Below, one piece after another: positions 14,003-24,480 of a DNA stretch of 64,000 bases. The position numbers and the translations under genes were made by a program. Positions within the stretch are counted from its first letter, which is position 1. Every line of letters starts with the position of its first letter. The DNA is from Podarcis cretensis (taxonomy: Eukaryota): contig OX638153.1 of the NCBI GenBank assembly GCA_951804945.1, forward strand, positions 49,476,001 to 49,540,000, read 5' to 3'. A model generated the notes under the pieces. The model saw nothing but the letters and a program-made list of their open reading frames with translations, was not told the DNA's origin and did no database searches.

Positions 14003-14134
14003 NNNNNNNNNNNNNNNNNNNNNNNNNNNNNNNNNNNNNNNNNNNNNNNNNNNNNNNNNNNNNNNNNNNNNNNNNNNNNNNNNNNNNNNNNNNNNNNNNN
14101 NNNNNNNNNNNNNNNNNNNNNNNNNNNNNNNNNN
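14003..14134. other. Assembly gap (N run)
   Basis: Ns. Confidence 1.
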
Positions 14135-14149
14135 AGAAGCAGGCCGGAT

Positions 14150-14152
<3 letters not shown>

Positions 14153-14212
<60 letters not shown>
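14153..14212. repeat. (GT)n(GA)n compound microsatellite
   Basis: Read directly. Confidence 0.95.
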
Positions 14213-14218
<6 letters not shown>

Positions 14219-16913
14219 TTCCTTTTTCCTGACGTCAGGTCCAGCCAAGTGCAATGGAGAGCTGAGCTATAAATATTAGCTGGTTTTCCCCAGACAGGGA
14301 AGGGAAGGCAAGGCTGGAAGGCCTGGGGCTGGGGCGGGTCACCCCCTCAAAAAAAAAAAAAAGGCCCTTCGGGGGATCCTGACAGCGACTGAAACTGCTC
14401 CAACAAATACGTTGCAATGGACATCAAGGATAAGACCCCTCTGCACTCGGAATGTTGATCAACACCGGCGCGAGAGAAAGGTTGCGGAGGGGAAGAGGCG
14501 AAAGGGAGCAGCCCAAGTGATGGGGGAGTTGGTTAGGAGGCGGATTCTCCTTCAACCGCTAGGGATGGGGGGCAAAGCTGGAGGAGGAATCGACGCCTGG
14601 GAAATCCTGTCTCTGCATGAGTGGGATGAGAACAGAGTGAAAGTGACTGGCCAGAGTCAGTGAATGAATGAAAATTATGTTAATTGTAACCATACAGCCA
14701 AAGAAGGGGAAGGTGTCAATGAAGAAATTATCTATCTATATATGGAAAGATTGGCTGCTGTGAATGAGAAACAGCTGGATGAGTGGAGATTCCTAAACTT
14801 TTAATGGAGAAGTCTCGTTGGTTTCAGGTGAACGCCTGCTTGCGGGTTAGAAGAGAAAATCCTGCAGTTAGAATATCAAGATGAGGACCTGCCCGGTTTC
14901 CCCACACTGTTTTAACCCTTCCTTTAAAAATATGCCTTTAAAGTACTTTAAAGAACAGCCCAAGTCCCAGCACTCAAATAAGGCTGCTGTTCCGCAAACA
15001 GACGATGACCAAAGAAGGTGATAGAAGTCCGTGGATTTCTCCCCAAACAACGCTCAAATGCGCGTCAGGTGCTGATGTGGCGAGAGCCTCTCCCAGACCA
15101 GAGACTCGTCCGAGCCGTGTTGATTTGGAAAAGAAAAGGCTTTTGTGAGCTCACGGGTCAGCCAGGCACCTGCCGGCGTATTAAATTCAGGCGAGGCGTC
15201 AAATGACAGCCGCCTCTTTGACACTCTCCCCTCTGCACTTCAGGTTAGAATTTTCCAAGGTACCAGGCAGCACCCAGGTAAGCCAAGAGTTGCGTCCTGG
15301 GCCTATGGCGACCCTAAACCCACCTATTTACACGCATCGCTCCTTGATTTCGCTCCTATTCCTTTCCCAGAAGACTTCCGTGCATTCTTGAATTCGAAGC
15401 ACGTGGGAACCTCCCTCCCCCCCCCCGTCGTTTTCAGGGAAACTTGTTATCAAGTATGCTCCGATCCTAGGTAGATTTATTCAACAGAAATCAAAGTAAG
15501 TCCGACAGCTTTTCCTCCCATTAATTTCAAGGGGGCTTGCCCGATCCTTCTAACCCACTTATGTCCTTGTAAGCCCACATTCGTACCAGCGAACACGGTA
15601 CGAATCCGGTTTAAGTCTCAGGAGGAAGCAAGCTCCTTTGATTAGCGCACGCTGTGACAATCAGTTTATGAAATCGGCTTAAGTGATTTGCAGATCGAGC
15701 TTCTAGGAACATTTATCCCTTCCTTGAACAGCTTTTACTTGGAAGCAGGCCCCCACTGTAAGTGGAACTTCATTCCGTGGAAAGTGAGCTTGGAGAGATG
15801 GCCCACTTGGAAAGCCCATCATAGGGAGACTTACCTCTGAGTAAAAGGTACTGTACATAGAAGAGGACTGCACGTTGTTCAATTTCCTGTTTCAGACTGA
15901 AGGGTGTCAAAACTTCACTCCTCAAGCCACTTACGCCAAAGATATTGGGCATAAGCAAATGATTGACATCCCAGATCCTTTACACGTTTACCTGAAGGTA
16001 AACGCCAGGGATGTTCAAGAACTTTGCTGTCATTCCTCAGGTGGCGGTGAGAGACTTAACAGCGAGTTTAAGAAGCTCTGGAGTCCCAGCCAATCTAAAA
16101 GGGAGAATTAGTATATTGGCCAAAGCTGGAGGGGGTCCTGGGATCCGCTCTGTGCTGTTTGACATCTCGCTTCCCTGGCTCAAGCGATAATCACAAAAGG
16201 CCAATTAAAAGCCCATTGCCTCCGATTAATCAGACCTTTCGCTTTCAAGTGCTGCTTCTCTTCCCTCCGCGCTGCGCTTTAATGGCTGAGAGTGTCCTAG
16301 CAGGGCAAGCTCCGGCAAGGAGCGAGGTTATTGCTCGGGGTCACCAGGTCCTCTAAACTCCGACTTCCACGGCGCAGCGGGGGCTATTTGGAGAAGTAAA
16401 TCAATTGATATATGATGAGCTCTAAGTAGTTATGAAACACTGGAGGGGAAAGAGGGGAGAGCGGCGGGGCTGGATCAATGGGATGGGCGCGGGAAGAGGC
16501 GAGCCGAGCTTCCCGTCTCATTTCCTAACCTCACGCCTAAGCGATTCGCCTTTGGGGCTGGGGGCGAAGATCATTCATTACCCAGAGGTGACCGGCCAGC
16601 GCGCTCCGAGAAACTGAGCGCTTGGGAGATGTCGGTCCTGGCTCTCTGCACACGCTACGGAACATCTCGTTTACTTCCGAGAAAGCAGGCGGAAATGAAA
16701 GGAAAGGAAACTGAAATGAAAGGAAGCCCCACATTAGAATCCGGAGTCGTCGTCCCCCCCCACACACACAAACGATTCTGGGACCGACAGAGTAAAGCCT
16801 AAATCAACAGTGGCTCTCCAGAACCCAAACCACAAAAGACTAGGGAACAAAGGTGTTTCCACACCGGAGGCACCTTAACACGTGTTCATGGGAGTGAACC
16901 CATTAAGTGCAGG

Positions 16914-17085
16914 CATAGAATCGTTGGAAGGGACTCCAGGGTCATCACAGCATCATAGAATCGTGGTTTTGGAAGGGATCCAAGGCTCATCTAGTCCACC
17001 CACTCTCAGCTAAAGCATCCATAACATATTGGGGCTCGAACTCACGATCTGAGAGAGTCTCCTGCTCTACCGACAGAGCTACCCC
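16914..17085 (-). mobile_element. tRNA(Lys)-derived SINE relic with duplicated CR1-type tail
   Basis: Minus head gggtagctctgtcggtagagcaggagactctc..gtgagttcgagcccca. The tail motif catagaatcgt..ggaaggga occurs twice (16914 and 16954). Confidence 0.7.
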
Positions 17086-17441
17086 AGTCGCCTGAGCCTA
17101 GGCATGTGTACTAGGGAATAAGTCTCTTTGAATTGGGTGAGGCTTCGTCCCAGAGACCCGCGTATGCGTCGGTCTGCAAGCAGCTGAACTTCCAAGCACA
17201 TACGGTTTTCCGGTCGGATCCCACTCTGACGTGCTCACCTCATAGCAAGGCATACCCAAATGAAAGGGAATCAGTCTGGGATCGCGATCCTAACCTCTGC
17301 CGCTCATTTATGGATTTTATTTTTATTATAATCACAAACATTCACATTCTTTGCCGCAAAACAGGGCTCTGCCTTGGTTGCAGAGTTGCCATCTCCAGCC
17401 TCAATATCGCAGGACCGTCTCTAAGCTCAAGCAAGGGGACG

Positions 17442-17534
17442 CGGTCAGAGTAGGGAACTTTTAATCTCAGGGTTCGTGAGTTCGAGTCCCATGTTGGGCG
17501 AAAAGATTCCCGCTTCTAACTCTACGATTCTATA
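17442..17534 (+). mobile_element. tRNA(Lys)-derived SINE relic
   Basis: acttttaatctcagggttcgtgagttcgagtcccatgttgggcg (tRNA-Lys 3' half) plus tail ttctaactctacgattcta. Confidence 0.68.
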
Positions 17535-19339
17535 CTTCCTCAGATCCACGCGACTTACTCCCAGGTAAGCAAAGGTTTGCGCCACTGGGTTTAGGATCAG
17601 AGCGAGAACGGCAAAAGCTGCTGATGGGAGTGGCCTCCGTGAGATCGCACCCAGGCCTGTGTACCCAGACGACCGAAAAATATCAAGGCAGTATCCGAGA
17701 TGGTCAGCGCAGGAGTTGGTGAATATCTGCGCATGCGCACAGACCCCTGGAGAAAACCCGCCACTGGGGCCTCGCAATAGCCTTTGTATACATTGTTCTG
17801 TTTCTGCAGGTATAGTTAACATCCAACCCGAGTTGGAAAATAATCGAAGTGGGAAACGCTCCATAATTCCCTCCATGCGCCCGTCCATTAGGCTGCAATC
17901 CTAAACATACTTAATATCAAGCCGCAATCCTAAACATGCATAATAAAAAGCCCTGCAAATTGGGAGTGACTTCTGCAGAAATATGTATTCGCTTGCCCTG
18001 CTAGAAGTCAGTCCACTGGAATTAACGCGAAGACTAGGGGAAGCAAGCCGGGAAGCGGAGGGTTCTGATCTAGCTTTCTCATTGACATGCTAGTTGTCTA
18101 CGTGCAGGGAGCGTTAGCTTTATCTGGGAAAGCATTTAGTCGCAAGGTACACAGGTTTACCACCTCTGGGGAAACTAGGCCAGAACTTGGGAAGAACTTC
18201 AGTCTCAAAGGACAAGTCTAACTGGAGTGACAACCTGCTCAGGCTCCTTTTCACCCCAGTTAGACAGGTCTTCCGAGACTGAGGTTTGCTTCCTGGCTGA
18301 CCTCTCCCGAAGCCTGTTTAAAGCACTCCAGACTTCCTAGGAAGCGCGTGTGGAAGTGGCGGGGTGGAATTCTGGGTGAACCTCGCCCCACCTCCGAGTC
18401 TAGGTCTGACGTCCCAGGAGCAACCTCTTCTGGGTCGGAAGTTGACTGGTGCACGTTTGCGCCCCAGAACGAAACCGAACCAGATCAAAGGCGCGCCCCC
18501 AAATGCAACCAAGGCCTTCAGCTGCGACCGGGGCGCCCTGCTCTGAACCTGCCCTGCAGACCGAAAAGGGAACGCGCGGACCCGACGGCGGCGCAAGACA
18601 CAGGTTTTTAAGAACACACATTCGGGACCGTGGCTTGGTGATCCGAAGTAAGACGAGAATTAGCCTCACAGTATCACAAGCACGCACCACCACCCCATTC
18701 AGAAGAGAACCACGCATGCGCACTCATTTCAACTTTTTTTTTTTAAAGGAAAATCAGTGGGACGAGAAAGGAGACGTAAGGAAATAGAGGAGGGATGGAA
18801 TGGGAGAGAGGCGAAAAAACAAGGTGAGCCAGAAGTGTCAACTGGAATAAAATATTGGGGGGGGGGGGCAGGTAAACCAGGCCGTGCATAATCGATCACA
18901 TGACGCAGTGCACAAACACTATTTGAATGGGAATACCCATCAACTTTGTAGGGGCCCAGCCGCCACAAATATTTCCTTGTGGGGGCTGAATCCCCCACGG
19001 CCCCTAAGTGTTGGCTCCTATGAGGTGAGCTTAGTGGAAATGAAGCCCCATTTGGCTCAAGGGGTGTATAAACTGTCTGGAAGTGGATTGGGCTGTTAGT
19101 GTTTGGGTGTGTGTAAAAGCAACGAGGGCTTAGCCCCCAGTTACATCAGTGGAACCTATTTGCACGGCATTGGATCGCCCTTTGTAGGTCTGTGTGCGTC
19201 ACGGAGAGGAACAAAAGCCAGGTGCGCTTCCTTGGGAGTAAGTCTTAGTGAAAGGATTTATTAGTCAGCCAAGTATTGGAGCGGGCTAAAAGAGAGAGGG
19301 CGAGAGATGGCAGAGCCAGGGAGAAAAGCGTTTTCTAGA

Positions 19340-19660
19340 CACCCATGAGTGAAGGCGACCGAAGCCGTTCCAGCACCTACTTTGGGAAAGCGCCCGGTCA
19401 GCCCCGTCGCGGTCCTCCTCCTCCTCCTCCTCCCCGCACCGCCTCGCCTCGCCTCCGCCTCCGCTTCCCGCTTCCCACCTCCGCCACTGTCACGTCCCCG
19501 ACCTCGCTTTGCGCGCCCCCCCCCCGGGTCCGGCCCATCGGGTCGCATCTTTTTTTGCGGAGGGGGGCGCAAAGTTGGTCCCCTCCCCGCCTTCGGACGC
19601 CAGCGCCGGGCGCAGCAGCCGCAGCGCGGCCTGCGTAATCCGGACGCACTTTAAAAGAGA
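19340..19660. promoter_or_regulatory. Small downstream (orphan) CpG island
   Basis: Very high GC/CpG patch ~4.3 kb past the EMX2 stop, with TAATCC at 19636-19641. Confidence 0.7.
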
Positions 19661-19722
19661 TGAATTAATAAAGCAAATGAGGACTTAATAATTCCGAGCG
19701 TCCTGCTTCTTATGGAAACGGG

Positions 19723-19923
19723 NNNNNNNNNNNNNNNNNNNNNNNNNNNNNNNNNNNNNNNNNNNNNNNNNNNNNNNNNNNNNNNNNNNNNNNNNNNNNN
19801 NNNNNNNNNNNNNNNNNNNNNNNNNNNNNNNNNNNNNNNNNNNNNNNNNNNNNNNNNNNNNNNNNNNNNNNNNNNNNNNNNNNNNNNNNNNNNNNNNNNN
19901 NNNNNNNNNNNNNNNNNNNNNNN
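19723..19923. other. Assembly gap (N run)
   Basis: Ns. Confidence 1.
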
Positions 19924-20899
19924 GGGGGAAGCTGGAGTGGGCTGCAGTGTTCTGAGCCGCTCGGTGGAGCCTGAGATAGCGAGTAATGAAGTTGTGGAGT
20001 CCTCAGATACAAAGGGCATTAACCTCATTAGCATGAAACCTTTTCTTCTAGCCATTGTGGGACTCTTTCAGACTCCTAATCCCCCCTATTTTCAAAGCTT
20101 GGTTTGTAATAAAGCTTTTAGGGGTTTCCCTCCCCCCCCCCCAAAGCTAATAGCATTCTCTGAAGATTTTATTGCTGTTACGCTACATAGGACGCTTAAT
20201 ATATATTTTTTCTTCTTCTTCTCCCCTTTCCTTCAATCTCCTCTCTCTCCCCCCTTTTTTTTGCGGTTTAAGGGAAGAAAGAGGGGAAATTTATTTATTT
20301 ATTTATCCGAAGCGAGAAGCTCCTGAATCTCGCAGAGGGGGAAAAATAAGCTGTTCCAAAATTTTTTTTAAAAAAATAATCAAGATAGGAAACCATTTGG
20401 AGGACTAAAGCCTAGGAAGATGGGTAATGTGTGGAGAGGTTTTTTTAAAAAAAAATGAAATGAAATGAAACAATTGTTTATTTTATAGCAGGGATTTTTT
20501 TTTAAGGTGCTAAAGAAATCAAACTCCCGTGGCCCGATTTTATGGGAAGAGAGACGTTTTAAAAGGGAGAGACAGAGAGAGGAGGAGGAGGAGAAAGGCT
20601 GGGGGAGGGGAAAGAATGAGAGATGGAGGAGGAGGAGGAGAAAGGAAAGAGAAAGGCGAAGAGAAGTTTACCTTAGGAGTTTGGCTCCTAGATGTGGAGT
20701 GGGAAACGGCGGGGTTGAAGGGACAGAAGAGGGAATTTCCCCAGGGCACCTTCTCTTTCTCACTGCTCTCTGGGTGGAAAGTCACCCATTAGGATCGAAA
20801 GGAGAAACAAAGAACGGTCATTATAATTATTATGATTAATCATCATCATTGTTTTTTAAAGGTCTAAAAAAGAAAAGAACCCGACCCGGACCTTTTAAA

Positions 20900-21290
20900 C
20901 CGAATTTCCATAGCGCCATATACTGGACAAGCACGTGCGCGGAATGCCTAATCTGAACTTTCAAGGCAGGATGCTGAACAAAGCTGGTATTTTCGCGACG
21001 CATTGTAACTTCGCCTTATCACAGTGTAAAGGGTAGTCAGATTGTCCTAAATTATGTCCAACTAGCCCCCCTGGATCCACGGATTAAGAGATTAAAGGAG
21101 ACCACTGGGCAATGGCTCCTCTTTCCCCTTCATATTCCTGGTATGATAATTGCCTAAACTGATTTGCACTTCGACAAAAAAGTCTTTGTAGCTGGAACAC
21201 TGCAGACGAGGTTTGCGCTGTCAATGGAAAGAAAACTGATTAATGCAGCCTATCAGGCTTAGGAGCAAATGAAGCATGAATTAATTTTTT
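20900..21290. promoter_or_regulatory. Candidate EMX2 3' forebrain enhancer (FB/DT-type)
   Basis: Non-repetitive block 3' of the last exon with GGATTA (21081-21086), two WWCAAAG TCF sites (20977-20983; 21184-21190), CAGAC (21203-21207) and TGTCA (21219-21223). Confidence 0.6.
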
Positions 21291-22484
21291 TGTTGGGGGG
21301 GAGGGGAAAAAACCAACAACCTGGGGCACCCCCAGAAAGCCAGCTAGCTTCCTCAAGGATTAGGGGAAACTTTTTACCCTTTTCTTTTTCAAGTTGGCAA
21401 CCCTCCCTTCCCCTTCATATGTCCCCACCTCGCTCTCGCTCTCGGAAAGTATAAACATTAATACGACAAGGAAACAAATAAAAATCCAACCAGCTTCTCC
21501 TGCTCCCAAGGAATACTTGCAAGCCTGCTACAGCTGTGGAACGCCTCGTTTTAGACTTGCTTCTAAAGCGTCGTGCTACGCTTATCCTAAAAACATGCCA
21601 GAAGCAGCGCAATCCTATCTGCGTCTACTCAACAGTAAACCCCACTGAGTCAGACCGGGGACGCATTCTCAAGTTAAGTGAGTGTAAAGCTACAGGAAGA
21701 TCGGGTGGAACGGAAAAGAGTTTACTTGGAGGCGAGGTTAAAAAGAAGGAACAGAACCGCGATGCCAGGTTTTAAAGAAAGAAAAATGACCAAATGAGCT
21801 CTATACCCCCTCCCCGCTTAATGCGGAAGTAAATTCGCGTTGATTCAAGTGGAGCCTCCGATTTAACGAAGCTGTCCTTGACTAATAGGTACCTGGACTC
21901 GCCAGCAGAGCGATCAACAAGCCACTGTTAGAGAGTACAGTATTTGGATTTCTACCGGAACTAAAACAGCAGCTATGCAAACGCGCCCACGAAGGAGAGC
22001 CCATTTATTTCCAGGAAAGATTACTTCCGATTAGTGTGATTTGATAGGAGTACAATCACGGGGCCCTTTCACACACACACACACACACACAAACAAACAA
22101 ACCCGAGTTTGCCACCGCGTAGGCGCTGCACAGTCAGGGCAGGCAGCTAATTCTGACTTTCTGGTGCCTGCACCTGCATGGCACACGAATTCACACCCAC
22201 ACGTTTTCGTGAAATCCATAATACATTTTTAGATGCACACTTTAGTTGGGCCGGTTCTGACATACTGTAGAAAAAGTCCTCCGTTTGCTCTGGGAACGGT
22301 TTGGGGGAGGAATGCGTTTGATGGTCAGGATGAGAAGATCTCTACTGGGCTTCCCTGTTATTTAAAGGTCTCCTGAGAGGTGGCTGCCTGTTGCTAGCAT
22401 CAAATCAAGGTCATCGGGTCTATGGGCCAGCAGAGAAGAGATAAGCGGCAGGGACCTAACCTTTCCGAAGGGAAAAACTGTGCT

Positions 22485-22627
22485 NNNNNNNNNNNNNNNN
22501 NNNNNNNNNNNNNNNNNNNNNNNNNNNNNNNNNNNNNNNNNNNNNNNNNNNNNNNNNNNNNNNNNNNNNNNNNNNNNNNNNNNNNNNNNNNNNNNNNNNN
22601 NNNNNNNNNNNNNNNNNNNNNNNNNNN
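22485..22627. other. Assembly gap (N run)
   Basis: Ns. Confidence 1.
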
Positions 22628-23918
22628 TAAGGAAACATTTGTCATTTTTAGTAGCTCTATAATCTTGGATCATCAACATCAGTGCTTGAAATTTGTCCCC
22701 AATGAAAACGGGCCTGGGTCGAAATGATTTCTACAGAGGGATCTGCAAGATCCCTTGCTCCTTCTGAAGTCCTGCGGGAGTTTAAGTACAAACCCCCATC
22801 CGAGGAGGAGGGGGGTTAAAAGGAGGAATCGAAGTTTTAGAATGTGGGGACTAGTTTCTTTAAATCTCTCTTTTTATTATTGTCTGTTTTTGCAGCAAAG
22901 TTCCCTTCCCCACCTCCACCCTCAACAACCCATCCCCTTTTTTCTTCTTCAAAGGTTATATCCATTGGGGGGAGCAAAAACAAAATTAAAAAAATAAAAT
23001 AAAAAATTAGAATTTGTTACCGCTACTTCATTGAGTTTTCACAACCACGTTGACGCCAGAAGTTATCATAAAAAGGTTTACAGACTGCACAGTTTCTCGT
23101 AAAATAAATTTAAAAAGCACACAGAACCTGTCTCTGAGGAGGGGAGGGAGGGAAGCGCAGTTCATGTCTGACTTTAGGGACCATTAAAAAAAAGGGGGGC
23201 CCTACCCCCCTCCTTCTTCTTCCCCCTCCCTCGAGGTTTTTAAATTTTTTAAAAAGAAAGCATGCAGTTCAAGTTTCTCTGAAACAGGTGTGTCGATTTT
23301 GGCTGGGTATGGGATCCCCTCTCCTAAAAGCCTGGGAGACACTCAGAATCATCATTAATAAGAACAAAATCCCTCGTCAACTGCAAAGTGTCCCGGTACG
23401 GTTGCGTGTGTATGCGATCCCTTTAAAAATTTGGAGCGATCTGAGTTCGAATGGCGAGAAACGGAATATTGGTCAATCACCGCGTCTTGGTGGTTTGGCT
23501 TTGATTGACAGATTCCCCTCCCCCCTCCCTTCTCTTTTTTGCGCTTAAAACAAAATTGTACCAATGCAGGACCAACCAAGGCCCCCACCCTTGATGGACT
23601 GACTTCTGGGCTGGCTTAAACTGGCCGGCCGGCTCTCGCCCCCTCTCAAACTGCCCCTCTCTAAAACAGAAACAAAAACAAACAAAAACAGAAAAACAGA
23701 AAAACGAGAATCGCCTGGTGGGATCCAGCCAGTTTGCTGTCCCTCGCCCTGGCCGCGCCACTCACTTTCCTGCGGTTGTCGCGAGCCTTTAACACTTGAG
23801 TTGTTCGTGGGAAAGTCTGTTAAGTGCCAGCCGGGAGTTTTACAGCCGCCGCCGCTTCGTCGTCGTCGTCTTTTTATTATTACTATTATTGTGTGTGTGT
23901 TTTAAAGTGGGAGATGAT
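22628..23918 (-). other. EMX2: Probable EMX2 3' UTR (end uncertain, may run into the N gap)
   Basis: Directly follows the stop codon. The block at ~23020-23135 resembles the mammalian EMX2 3' UTR as recalled. Candidate minus-strand AATAAA at 22873-22878. Confidence 0.55.
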
Positions 23919-24158
<240 letters not shown>

Positions 24159-24394
24159 TCACTCACTCACACACACACTGGGCGGTTTCTGCACCTTTAC
24201 CGGGTCCACTGCAGAAAGAGAATAAGCCTCGCTTCGGAAACAGGTCTCCTGATGGTTTACACCAGGTAGACATGTCTGTCTCGGGTAAAATGAACACAGC
24301 ATAGCAGCAGTGGGACATTCTCGCCCTAGCAGCACCCACTAACCCGGCTACAACGACCCTCTGCGCGTGAACTCAGTAGGGGTTATTGTGATGA

Positions 24395-24480
24395 TTATTT
24401 AATTTATTTGCATCCCGTCTTTTTTCTCCCCAAGCATTCAAGGCGGCCCAAGAATTCAAGGCGGCTTACAACAGTTAAAA
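24395..24480 (-). mobile_element. Decayed L2/SINE-type 3' tail in EMX2 intron 2
   Basis: tttatttgcatcccgtc...attcaaggcggcttacaa with a local duplication of attcaaggcggc; similar tails at ~2296 and ~54577. Confidence 0.45.

Noticed and set aside
19712-20326. ORFs spanning N runs (also near 14.0 and 22.5 kb)
   Set aside because: Artefacts of the assembly gaps.
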